Notes under the pieces: generated by a model
Database searches by the model: none
Told to the model about the DNA's origin: nothing
Seen by the model: only the letters and a program-made list of their open reading frames with translations
Shown: positions 24,375 to 35,640 of the stretch, in pieces
Layout: every line of letters starts with the position of its first letter
Position numbering within the stretch: the stretch's first letter is position 1
Made by a program: the position numbers and the translations under genes
Source of the DNA: Narcine bancroftii
Taxonomy: Eukaryota
Direction: 5' to 3'
Assembly: GCF_036971445.1 (NCBI RefSeq)
Contig: NC_091475.1
Span: 198,465,569-198,526,000, forward strand
DNA length: 60,432 nucleotides

Positions 24375-24790
24375 ATATGACAAAAACTCTCTTTACAACT
24401 CTATCCACCTGTGACAGCACTTTCCCAGTTCCCTCTGTTCTACCGCACTCCTCAGTGCCCGACCGTTCACCGTCTTTTCATGGTTTGTCCTTCAAAACGC
24501 AACACCTCACAGTTGTTCATGTTAAATTCCATCTGCTGTTTATTCCAGCTGGTCCAGATCCCTCTGCAAGCTTTGAAAACCTTCCTTGCTGTCCACAACG
24601 CTTCTGATCTGAGTATTGTCTGCAAACTTGCTGATCCAATCACCACATTGTTGTCCAGATTGTGGATCTAGATGACAAGCTACGCTGGTCCCAGCACCGA
24701 TCCCTCCAGCACACCACAAGTCACAGGACTCCAGTCTGAGAAGCTATTGTCCACGGCCACTCACTGGCTTCTCCCACACAGCCAATGTTT
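24375..24790 (-). mobile_element. Decayed CR1 LINE fragment
   Basis: Reverse complement carries SGVPQGSVLGP-like sequence (GGATCGGTGCTGGGACC) and KFADNTQ. Confidence 0.7.
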
Positions 24791-25346
24791 TTGAATATTT
24801 TAATATGAGATTTCACATCCAAAGTACAGAGTAACTATGGATAGATGTTAAAATTCTCAAAGATACACTACACTTAAAATCACCAATGCCTGAAGAGGGC
24901 GCACAAAATCAGTGAACCGGTGCGGACTTAAAAGGTCAACATGGCCTATATGGTAAGCTGATTTTCTTTTAAAACATCTTTGACCCTAATTAGAGCTGCT
25001 AATTTATAACCGAGTGCTTAAAATCCAATGAAACTCAATTGCCTTGTCTGAATTGTATCCTTTGCTTTTCAAAATAATATATACATCCTTCAGATTCAGC
25101 CCATTAAATAGGGATGGTTTGATCGATGTACAATTTACTTGTCCCCCTCCTTCATTCTATTTTTGAAAATGACTTTAAAAATATAATAGATAAAATATTC
25201 TATTGGCATTCAGATGTACTGTATAACTAAAGCAAATTGGCTATTATAGTTTTGATGAAAGTATGTGCAGGAATATTGTATTGATGGTTTATTGGAATAC
25301 TTTGCCACCAAGCGGTAAAACCATGAAGTCACAGAATTCATTGTGT

Positions 25347-25717
25347 TGTAGCGAGGTCACTACAGCTAGGTTATAGCTCTCGGTTATAGTCCTAAGGCTG
25401 TAGCTCAAATCCACAAGAGAAGACACATATATCTGTAGAGTCTATTTGACACTGAGTTTATTCAGTGGTAGCTTTGCCTTTTCTAGTCAGCTTGGCCACG
25501 TCACCACTGGGGCATGGCTTGAGCAGGTTGGCTGCCGATTGGTTATCTCAGATGCCTGGGCCCCAATTCTGCCCTCTGCGATCTAGCGGCGGTGATTGGG
25601 CAGTTTCACTGCTCTGCCAATGGCCTTTGGAAGTGGGCGTTTCAGCCCACATGACGCTTTGCCGCTCGCCACGTTGGATGGCCATTTCCTGTGTCGGAAC
25701 GAGGCGAGGGCTGCTAA
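25347..25717 (-). mobile_element. Probable solo LTR
   Basis: A GC/CpG-enriched island of about 370 bp in AT-rich DNA. Begins TGTAGC and ends GCTA(A), an imperfect terminal inverted repeat. Minus-strand AATAAA near 25457 and CCAAT boxes. No clean TSD. Confidence 0.45.
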
Positions 25718-26419
25718 TTTTGTAAATTATGAATTTGTAAATATTGCAAATATATACATTTTATGCCATAATTTATGGTGAAATGAGAGAATGGATTTTT
25801 TAAAAATTATTTCCTATTTCATTTCCATCTGTTGGACGTAACAGACAAACCAATAAACCACTTGTTAAAATTGAGGGGTCATTAACTGGTGGGAATCTAA
25901 AAAAGACCAGTGACACAGTAATGGAGTAGCAGAATGTGTTCAGAAACTAGAGAGGCTTGCAGAGGGAATGTTGCATCATTGGTAATTTTCCATTTTCATA
26001 CAAATTGGGGAAAAAGCAGAGTAGTTCATGTCTGGTAGTGAACTTACTGAGTTTGAATGTTTTCTGTGGCATTGTGACCCAGGACCCGCAAGAGGCTGGT
26101 TGCACTGGTAGGCTAAGATAAATTTTCCATATCATTAACTTTGCTAAATAGATTCATTGATTAATTGAAAGGATTATCCATTGCTAACTTAATATTTAAT
26201 GGGACAAGTCAGTCTGCAATCTGAACAGAGTAAACTGGTTACAAATGACTAATAGCTGATCAGTGAAAAGAGATAAAATTTTTTGGTTTGATTGGATTCA
26301 TGCCAAGTTTTCAAGAGGTGACATGAATTTTAGTATATTGCCTCACAGAAGTTTTTTAAGGGATTATGAAAAGAGTAATCCTATACTACTTGAAGATATA
26401 ATTTATGATCATTTTAAAT

Positions 26420-27950
26420 ATTAGAATTTGTCATGAACAAGTCACGAAATTCAGATTTTTGCAGGAGCTTCATAGTGGAAATATTCATACTATTACCATC
26501 TTGGAACAATAATATAAGAAATAACAATAATTGAGCACAAAAAGTAGCAGTGTCTTTGGTTCAATGATAATTCAGGAATCTGATGGCAGCGGGGATGAAG
26601 CTGTCCTTGTGTTGCTGTGTGCTCCTCTTTAGGCTCCTGCACCTTTTTCCCTGATGGTAGAGTGAAGAGGGCTTGGCCTGGGGGATGGGGGTCTTTGAGG
26701 ATAGAGGCTGCTCTTTTAAAACACTGCCCCATGTAGATGTCCTCGATGGAGTGGAGTCTGGTGCCTATGATGTTGCAGGCTGAGTTTACAATCAGGAGTT
26801 TTTTCTTGTCTTGAGATTTGGTGCCTCCATACCAGAAAGTGATAAAACCAACCAGAATGCTCTCCATGGTACACCTGTAGAAGTTTTGGAGTCTTGGGTG
26901 ACATACCGAATCTCCTCAAGCACCTCACAAAGTATAGTCACTGGCATCTGTATGGAGGCTTCAGGGCAGATCCTCAGAAACGTTGACACCCAGTGATTTG
27001 AAGTTCTTGAACTTCTCAACTATTGAGCCCTCTGAGGACTGGGTCATGTTCCCCTGACTCCCTCCTGAAGTGCACAATCATCATCTTGGTTTTGCTAATG
27101 TTGATCGCAAGGTTGTTGTCAAAGAGCTGATCTATCTCCCTTCTATACGCTTCCTCATTGCCGTTTATGATTCTACCGACAACTGTGGTGTCATTGGCAA
27201 ATGTAGATAGCATTGAAATTGTGCCTGACCACAGAGACATGGATGTATAATGAGCAGGGCAGTGGGCTAAGCACGCATCCTTAGGTGCGCCTGTGTTGAT
27301 GATCATTGAGGAGACGTTGCTTCCAATTCATACCGACTGTGGTCTTCCAATGAGAAAGTCAAGTATCCAGTTGTAGAGTGGGGTACAGGGCTCAGAGTTT
27401 GTATCTTGACCAGCACTGAGGGAATAATGGTATTGAAGGCTGAGCTGTAGTCAATGAAGGCCAGCTGTACGTATGAGTTGCTGTTTTCAAGGTGTTCTAG
27501 AGCTGAGTGGAGAGCCAACAATATTACATCTGCTGTGCAGCGATTGTGATAGGCAAATTGCAATGGGTCCAGATCTTTACTTAGGTACGTGTTAATTTTG
27601 GCCATGACCAGCCTCTCAAAGCATTTCATTACAGTTAGTGCTACTAGGCCATAGTCATTGAGGCAGCTCACCCTGCTCTTCCTGGGCACCAGGATGATTG
27701 ATGCCCTTTTGAAGCAGGGTGGGAACCTTTGACAGCAGCAATGAGAGGTTGAAAAGGTCTGTGAACACTCTAACTAGTTGGTTGGCACAGATTTTCAGTA
27801 CCCTGCCATGTATGCTGTCAGCCTGACGCCTTGCAAGGGTTCACCCTCTTGAAAGATGTTCTAACATCGTCCTCGAAGACAGATGTCGCAGGGTCTTCAG
27901 CCTTTGCAGGGATTCTAGTAGGCACTGTTTGGTCTTCTTCTCAAAGCAAA
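26420..27950 (-). mobile_element. Rex1/Babar LINE, 5'-truncated and frameshifted
   Basis: Translates [65 protein letters not shown] and ASILKDPHPPGQALF. Confidence 0.9.
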
Positions 27951-28022
27951 CATAATATTGGATCTTAAATAGAACAGTGCTACTCCACGATCAATCTAAC
28001 ACTTTCCCCTCTCAATCCTCTC

Positions 28023-28948
28023 TCCAGTTAATACTTATTCCTCTACTATATTCAAGGAATTGCTTGCAGAGGCAAAGGTTGGCTCTTGTATGCATGTGCC
28101 TATCTAAGAGTCTTTTAAATGTCCCTTTTGAATCCGCCTCAACCACTAGTAATGCATTCCAGATATTGCTCTCCAACAAAGAGAGAAAAGCACTGGATTT
28201 AAAAAAAAAATTGAGATAATGCATCTCCATCAGCAGGAACACTGAAAAATTAATTCATACAGTGCAGGGCAATTTTATGTGATATGCAACAGTTGGCAAT
28301 ATCAGTTTTGCTATGAGTAAAGTTTTGGAGAAGCAGAGAGAATTATCAACCAATTTTGAGAACATTGGAAACTAGTAGCTAAAAAATAATAATAGAAATT
28401 CACCATTGAATATTCTTCCTTTATTTTACAGCACAAAAGCAAATTATTGTAGCTTTGGTATTTAGACTTGTTCTGTAATAGAGCCATCCAAAATTTGTTG
28501 CTTCAAATATAGTCATATATTAGCAGTCCTGTGGTTAACACTATGCAAGAAGTTGCAAGGTATATAGGGTTAAATATCTCTGTTGCAGATGAAATGATGA
28601 TTTGGTGTATTTGCAACATAAAACAATACAGCACAGGCCTTTCAGCCCATAATGTCTATGCCAAATTAAAATAAATCCACGTGCCTTCATTTGCTGCATG
28701 TTCCTATGCTTATCAAGAGAAAAAGAAGTTATTAAAAATGGCACTTCAGATGGATGTGTTCCTGAGAAGCTAAGTTTATTTACTGCATATCCAAGTCTTG
28801 AATGATCTGTTCCTGCACCGAGAATAAGGGCTTAAAGCAAGAGTAAATCTATTGGAAAGGCAGAAAATTGTTCACTTGGTTCAATCTGCCAACGTTTGCC
28901 TCTGCAAGCAATTCCTTGAATATAGTAGAGGAATAAGTATTAATTGGA
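28023..28948. repeat. 61-bp inverted repeat pair (28023-28083 and 28888-28948)
   Basis: The arms are reverse complements with 2 mismatches, about 800 bp apart. Confidence 0.9.
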
Positions 28949-30229
28949 AAGAAAGAGTACTAATATCAGGATTATGATTTAAAGATACTCTAGAAATGGA
29001 AGACTTTGATATATCCAAAGAATAGCTTTATACAAATATTGCACTTGAAAATATATTAGACTGCAGCTGGGATACTCACAATAGTCTGTTCATTCTGGTA
29101 TTGTTAAATAACCATAAAAATTATATCATGAAGACTTACTGTAATTTGAAGTATAATAGGAAGCAAGATCCAGAAGTCAAATTTTCATTATAAAATAAAA
29201 ACTGAAGGATGTCAGCAAAAGTGGTCTTCTACTGCTTTGATAAAGAAATTGAAACTTTTGATGTGTTTAGATGTGACAAAGTAGATACATTGGGGGAAAA
29301 ATAACGAATGTATATTGCGTGTTTCCTCGTTTGAATGCTTGACTACTTTTGTTTTCCCCAAATTCATTAGATTCATTCATCACTCACATTCATTATTCTT
29401 TTACTCCTTTTTAAAATGATAAATAAAACAGTATGTTGCACATTTAAGCTGTCATTTTTTTCCTTGGTATTTTATTTTGCTGATTGATGTTTGAACTAGA
29501 GCCTTCCAGGGGATAATTCTGGCTGCATTAGATTCCTTATACTGGTTTTCTAGTTTCATTTGCCATTCCAAAATCTTCCACATTAAAAAAAAAATTGATT
29601 ATATATTTGCATTGCTTCCGGAGCATCATATTATAAGGTGTCAACACGGAGAAAATTAAGCACATGGATAAACTCTTGAGTACCATTCATGCATCTTAAA
29701 ATACTGATTAGTTTAATCATGTGAGATCTCAAGTGACTACAAATTTCCAGCCATTATGGGAAAAGGTTAGTTGATGTCAGCCACTTAATGCTTTTCTATG
29801 GAAGATTTAATTAGTCTCAGAAACAAAAGACAGACATCATTTGCTGAAAGTTATTTTGAGAACAAAGAAACTGGAAAGGAGTGTTGGCATCTCATGCAGA
29901 GGTGATATTATCACTGATTGGGAGGGCACGGTGGGTGGGCATGAGACGGTAATAAAAACAAGTGAGCTCTAATGGATTCAATATCATAGGATGAGTGTGG
30001 CAATTTAAAAGAGAACTCTGTTCATTTTATTATCACATAATTGTTTATTTGTCATATATCAAAATACAGTGAGAAACTTTGTATGCTATCCAGGCAATCC
30101 AACTTGTACAGCAGATGGTGCAACAGTAATAAAAAAAAACCCCACAAATAGTCAAATAAGAGCAGAGAGTAGAGGAAAAGTAGTCAAATAGTGCAGGGTA
30201 TAGAGACCAGTACAAAAACAGCATGGAAT

Positions 30230-30480
30230 TGAGGCACGGTTAGCATAGAATTATCAGAACGCTGTTATAGAGCTAGTGATCAGATCAGGGGTTTGAATCT
30301 GGTGCTTTCTATAAGGAGTTTGTACGTTTTCTCTGTGTCTTTGTGGATTTCCTCCGAGAGTTCCATTTTCATCCCACAGTTAAATAAAAATGTTTGGGGG
30401 GGGGGGGTTAGGTCAATTAGGTGTAGTTGGGGGTCACAGGCTCATGGGCCAAAAGGGCCTGTTACTGTGGTGTATACCCG
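30230..30480 (+). mobile_element. V-SINE (HE1-like)
   Basis: GGGTTTGAATCTGGTG..TAAGGAGTTTGTACGTTTTCTCTGTGTC core and the CR1-like tail GGGCCAAAAGGGCCTGTTACTGTG. Confidence 0.7.
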
Positions 30481-31149
30481 TAAAGGCCTCATCTTTCGTC
30501 AGTTTTGAGATCCAGTCAAGTCTGATAACATTAGGAAAGAAACTTCCTAAATTTCATAATTCAAAATAATCTTTAGAAGTTCTTGAACAGTTAATGTTTG
30601 GCTAAATACTACTCATTCTGTTAAACCTAGTAACTTTGATGGAATGATGAATACAAGATGGTATATGATGGGATAACTAGAATATGATGGTGTCCCAGAG
30701 AAGCTGAAGGAAACCAAAGGATCACCAAGAATGAACAAAATTTGGAAGGTTGCCAAAATTAAAGAACAGAGAACTGAGATGAATTAGACTAGAGGCTATT
30801 TCAGCATGAGTAATTCTGCTTATTCCTTGAAGAAGGGCTCAGACATGCAACGTCAGCAAAACATCTGTCTCCTATGGACACTGAAAAACCGGCTGAATTG
30901 CTTCAGCATTTCAGTTTGTTTTTACTACAATCACAGTATCTGCAGACTTCCATGTTTCACTCAGCAAGTCAAGTCAAGGGAAAATTTTGAAAACGAATAG
31001 AAAAGTCTTACAATCAAGATGCTGCCAAACCCTAAAATCAACAGGACAAGGGTAATAGAACTCGATGCAAATTGGGAGACGGGCAGCAGTATTTTGGAAT
31101 TACAGAGATGGGAAAAGGCCACGAGGGCATTGCAATAGTCAGGTATGGT

Positions 31150-31380
31150 GATAATAAAAGCATGAATAAAGACTCTGGGAGCAGATGAACTATGGAACCA
31201 ATGGAGACAGGCAATTTTATAAGGAAGGCAGCAGTCTTACTTGGATTTTGAAGCTGATTTTTGGATAACAAAAGCATGAATAAAGACTCTGGGAGCAGAT
31301 GAACTATGGAACCGATGGAGACAGGCAATTTTATAAGGAAGGCAGCAGTCTTGCTTGGATTTGGAAGCTGATTTTTGGAT
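31150..31380. repeat. 114-bp tandem duplication (2 copies)
   Basis: 31150-31263 is repeated at 31264-31377 with about 4 substitutions. Confidence 0.9.
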
Positions 31381-31809
31381 CAAATACAGTACCAAATATG
31401 TGAACCATTTGCTTCTATTTCACATCTGGACCACACAGTTTTTTTTTCCGAAAAAAAAAAACTAATAAGTTTGCGAAACTTCTTAAGTAGGGGAGGGGTG
31501 GTGGAGGGCAGGGATTTAAATCATTTTGTGGATGGGGAAGGAGTGGGAAAAGGAAAACCATTTTGCAATGTTTCATGTGATGGTGTTTGCTTCTCAGACA
31601 AGTTCCTCTGCAGGACTTCAAGACAACTGGGCAGAAGCTCTGACACAGTTCTGTTGTCGTGGGATCAGAGTGAGGGGCATCATTTTTCAGAGGACAAGTG
31701 AAACTTTACAGCTCCCTCAGCTCATTGAAAAAGATGGCGGGGGCTTAAGGGAAGGCAAATTATTTCACGCCTCGCGTCGCCTCCATCACATCCTATCTCA
31801 CACGACTTC

Positions 31810-33060
31810 ATCATGTCAGTTCCCTCATCCCCTCCCTGTGCCCGGCAACCTCTTCCTCACCACCGTTCGGGGCCACAAAGAGACCGTCCAAGCGAAGCGA
31901 TGCTTAACTTGAAAATCTGGGGGTCATTTACCGCTCCCATTGTGGTCTGCTCCACAAGAGAGGGAGACGGGGAGGTTGTTTCTCTGAGCAACTTCGCCCT
32001 GTCCACTGCCATAGTAAGGGCCCACCCACTGGCCAACCATTTCAACCTCACGCTGACACATCCATCTCATGCACTGACAAATCGCAAATTGGAGGAACAG
32101 CACCTCATAATCCAACAGGGCACCTCATAATCCAACAGGGCACCTCATAATCCAACAGGGCACCTCATAATCCAACAGGGCACCTCATAATCCAACAGGG
32201 CACCTCATAATCCAACAGGGCACCTCATAATCCAACAGGGCACCTCATAATCCAACAGGGCACCTCATAATCCAACAGGGCACCTCATAATCCAACAGGG
32301 CACCTCATAATCCAACAGGGCACCTCATAATCCAACAGGGCACCTCATAATCCAACAGGGCACCTCATAATCCAACAGGGCACCTCATAATCCAACAGGG
32401 CACCTCATAATCCAACAGGGCACCTCATAATCCAACAGGGCACCTCATAATCCAACAGGGCACCTCATAATCCAACAGGGCACCTCATAATCCAACAGGG
32501 CACCTCATAATCCAACAGGGCACCTCATAATCCAACAGGGCACCTCATAATCCAACAGGGCACCTCATAATCCAACAGGGCACCTCATAATCCAACAGGG
32601 CACCTCATAATCCAACAGGGCACCTCATAATCCAACAGGGCACCTCATAATCCAACAGGGCACCTCATAATCCAACAGGGCACCTCATAATCCAACAGGG
32701 CACCTCATAATCCAACAGGGCACCTCATAATCCAACAGGGCACCTCATAATCCAACAGGGCACCTCATAATCCAACAGGGCACCTCATAATCCAACAGGG
32801 CACCATTATCACTGACTGTTCCCCCCCCCCCATATCTCTCTCTCTCTCACTATCCCTCTTTCTCCTTTCCCCCACCCCCACCCCCACCCCCACCCCCACC
32901 CCCCCCCCCTTCTCTACCCTTCCCTGATCGGTTCTTTTTCTCCTCTACCTTCCTCTCCCACCTTTGACTTCAGGCGCCCGCCTGATTTTGTTCAACACCT
33001 TGCCGACGGGCTGAGGCCCGAAGCGACTCCCTCAAGGGGGATGCTGTGTCCAGGTCCTTG
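31810..33060 (+). mobile_element. Penelope-like remnant hosting the 20-bp array
   Basis: Degenerate GIY-YIG sequence (..PLANHFN..RKLEEQHLI) followed, after the array, by a pyrimidine-rich tract. Same layout as 7440-8030. Confidence 0.6.
32101..32784. repeat. Minisatellite, 34 identical copies of CACCTCATAATCCAACAGGG
   Basis: Perfect 20-bp period with no variant units or spacers. Confidence 0.98.
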
Positions 33061-33160
33061 TGAGCATTGCATTCTAGAGCCAGCACCCACCCACCACGCC
33101 AGCAAACGGCCTGTTCATTACCGGCACGACGGTCGAAGCCCAGTCGCGGTGCACGCTTCC

Positions 33161-33737
33161 CCACGGCTTCAGGACAGTCCGAGGCCCCCTGCGGTCCCGT
33201 CGCCTCCGGCCTCGGAAGGCCGACCGTGGCCCCTCCCACCATGCTTTGCGGCGCGCACGCGCGCTGGCTTCTGTCCCCGTCCACGGCTTCAGGACCGTCC
33301 GAGGCCCCCTGCGGTCCCGTCGCCTCCGGCCTCGGAAGGCCGACCGTGGCCCCTCCCACCATGCTTTGCGGCGCGCACGCGCGCTGGCTTCTGTCCCCGA
33401 CCACGGCTTCAGGACCGTCCGAGGCCCCCTGCGGTCCCGTCGCCTCCGGCCTCGGAAGGCCGACCGTGGCCCCTCCCACCATGCTTTGCGGCGCGCACGC
33501 GCGCTGGCTTCTGTCCCCGTCCACGGCTTCAGGACCGTCCGAGGCCCCCTGCGGTCCCGTCGCCTCCGGCCTCGGAAGGCCGACCGTGGCCCCTCCCACC
33601 ATGCTTTGCGGCGCGCACGCGCGCTGGCTTCTGTCCCCGACCACGGCTTCAGGACCGTCCGAGGCCACCTGCCGTCCCGTTGCCCCGCCCCCCCCGCCAT
33701 GCTTTGCGGCGCGGGCGCACGCGCACTGGCTTCTGTC
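33161..33737. repeat. GC-rich 120-bp tandem repeat (4 full copies + 1 degenerate)
   Basis: Units start at 33161, 33281, 33401, 33521 and 33641 (CCACGGCTTCAGGAC..). The last base alternates T/A/T/A. Confidence 0.97.
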
Positions 33738-33789
33738 AACACGAACAGGAGGCGGCGAGAGAGAGAGAGAGAGAGGGAAGGAGAGCGTG

Positions 33790-33919
33790 TGTGTTTAAAA
33801 AAAAGCGAAGCAGCAACGTCGCGGAGCCGCATAATAGGAGCCCTTGTCGAGGCTTGGCTGAGATGGAGCGAGCGGCCGTCGGCTCTGGCGGCTTCCAGCA
33901 TCCCGAGCCCGAAACCTCG
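33790..33919 (+). other. Putative first exon of the next gene (JADE3 candidate by synteny); start approximate
   Basis: Consensus donor TCG|GTGAGT at 33919/33920 inside the CpG island. JADE3 follows RP2 on the same strand in human. No JADE3 coding exon was recognised in the window. Confidence 0.55.
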
Positions 33920-34289
33920 GTGAGTGCATGCGGTCTTGCGGCGTTTTCTTTGTGTGCGGTGGCCAGAGGCTCGGAATCGAGGCCGCGGGGGCCAGTGCAC
34001 TAGCCTCCCCTCCTGGATGCAAGGGCAGGCTCCCAGCCGTGCATTCTCTCTCCCTCCCCCCCTCTCTCAAACAAAAAAGGATATTTAATGGAAAGTTCTG
34101 CAAGTTTTGCCTTTGAATGGCGCGTTGGACTTGCATTGCGAGCTGCCACACGGCGGCGGTGCTGGCTGACTTGGCCAACGTTTGGCGTGGAGCAGAGAGG
34201 GCTGCTTCACATTGAGCTTTGGCGCCAAGGCCCCAGCCTGTCCCTCCCTCCAACTCCCCATTCAGTGCCAGCTCGGCCTTCCTTCCAGA

Positions 34290-34592
34290 TGGGATGGAGG
34301 ACGATTTGCCTTGGGATGAGATGGGGTGGGGGGGATTTGCCTTGGGATGGGGTGGGGGGGATTTGCCTTGGGATGGGGTGGGGGGGATTTGCCTTGGGAT
34401 GGGGGGGATTTACCTTTGGATGGGGGGGATTTACCTTGGGTTGGGATGGGGGGATTTGCCTTGGGATGGAATGGGGAGGCGATTTGCCTTGGGATGGGAT
34501 GAGTGGGGGGGACGCCTTGGGATGGGATGAATGGGGGGGGGGATTTGCCATGGGATTGGGGGGGGTTTTGCCTTGGGATGCGATGGGGGGGG
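34290..34592 (+). repeat. G-rich minisatellite (GATTTGCCTTGGGATGGGG..., about 10 variable units)
   Basis: Recurrent GATTT(G/A)CCTTGGGATG core separated by G-runs of variable length. Confidence 0.9.
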
Positions 34593-35124
34593 AATGCATC
34601 AAACTTCTTCGCTTGTTTTTGTTGTTCAGAAGAAAAGCTCAATTTCAAATGTGTTCAGTAGTTTAAAGCAGGTCGTCCTTTGCTAACAAATTATCCAAGG
34701 CTGAGTAATATCTGCATCTTTGAAGGTTTCTCGAATGCGGGTGTCGCGAAGCCATGACCAGCTGATAGAGAGGAGTCTCCGCTCTCCATCAGAGGGTTGC
34801 GGGGTTCCAAGTTTCGATTGTTGCATTTGAACACGCTGAGGGGACGCTGTATTGTCTCTGGTGCCATCTATTGGCTCGGATGCCGGAGTTGAAGCCCCAT
34901 GTGACCTCTTGGGAGGTGGGGGGGGGGCGGGGGCAAGTAAAAGAATTGTTTTGTGCAGTTTCAGGGGAAGGGGGTCGATTGTCAATGGTTTATCCCTCAG
35001 TGGCAATACGGTTTGTCGGAACTTTTACTGTTGCCAGCAGCATTTTCTAAAATCTCCCCAGCAACTGTCCCAAAGTAATTACTGGCAGAAGTAATTTTGG
35101 GATGATTTTTGGCCCAGATTTATA

Positions 35125-35640
35125 ACATAAGAGATAGGAGCCGAATTAGGCCAATTAGCCCATTGAGTCTGCTCTGCCATTTAAATCATGGCTGATGTAG
35201 TCTTCCTGTCAATGACATTTTCCTGGTGTGAAACACGAAATTCTGTAGGTGCTGTGATTGGACTTAAAACACAGAAATACAGAAGGATTCCCGCGTTCTT
35301 CCCATAACCTTTGTCCTTTGGCCATCTATTGGCAACGCATTCTGTAGATTCTCCACCCTCTGGCTGAAGAAATTTCTCCTCATCACTGTTCTAAAGGGAG
35401 ATCCTTTTATTCTGAGGCTCTGCCTCTGGTCCTGGACTCTCACACTATTGGAAACCTCTTCACGTCCATTCTATCTAGCCTTTCGATATTCAGTAAGTTT
35501 CAATCAGATCCCTCATCCTTCTAAGCTCCAGCGAATGCAGACCAAAATCCATTCAATTTCTCATCAGATGTTAACTCTCACATTCCCGGGAGCCTTCTCG
35601 TAAACCTTCTCTGGATCCTCTCCAGTGCCAGAACATGTCG
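35125..35640 (-). mobile_element. Decayed CR1 LINE 3' end
   Basis: Similar to 53760-54280 (ACATAAGAGATAGGAGC.., CACCCTCTGGCTGAAGAAATTTCTCCTCATC). Confidence 0.7.

Larger units (their letters stand above)
32990..34200 (+). promoter_or_regulatory. CpG island, probable promoter of a downstream + strand gene
   Basis: Sharp rise in GC and CpG content against an AT-rich background. Contains NRF1-like GCGCACGCGC motifs, a GC box CCCCGCCCC near 33683, a (GA)n tract at 33757-33775 and a splice donor. Confidence 0.8.

Noticed and set aside
32101-32784. CRISPR-like array
   Set aside because: The repeats are head-to-tail with no spacers, there are no cas genes, and the context is vertebrate. It is a minisatellite.
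32970-34003. Several 225-320 aa ORFs on both strands
   Set aside because: They are by-products of a GC-rich 120-bp repeat (a multiple of 3, lacking stop codons) and show no recognisable domain.
34088-34666. Gly/Trp-rich or Pro-rich ORFs
   Set aside because: These are translations of the G-rich minisatellite.
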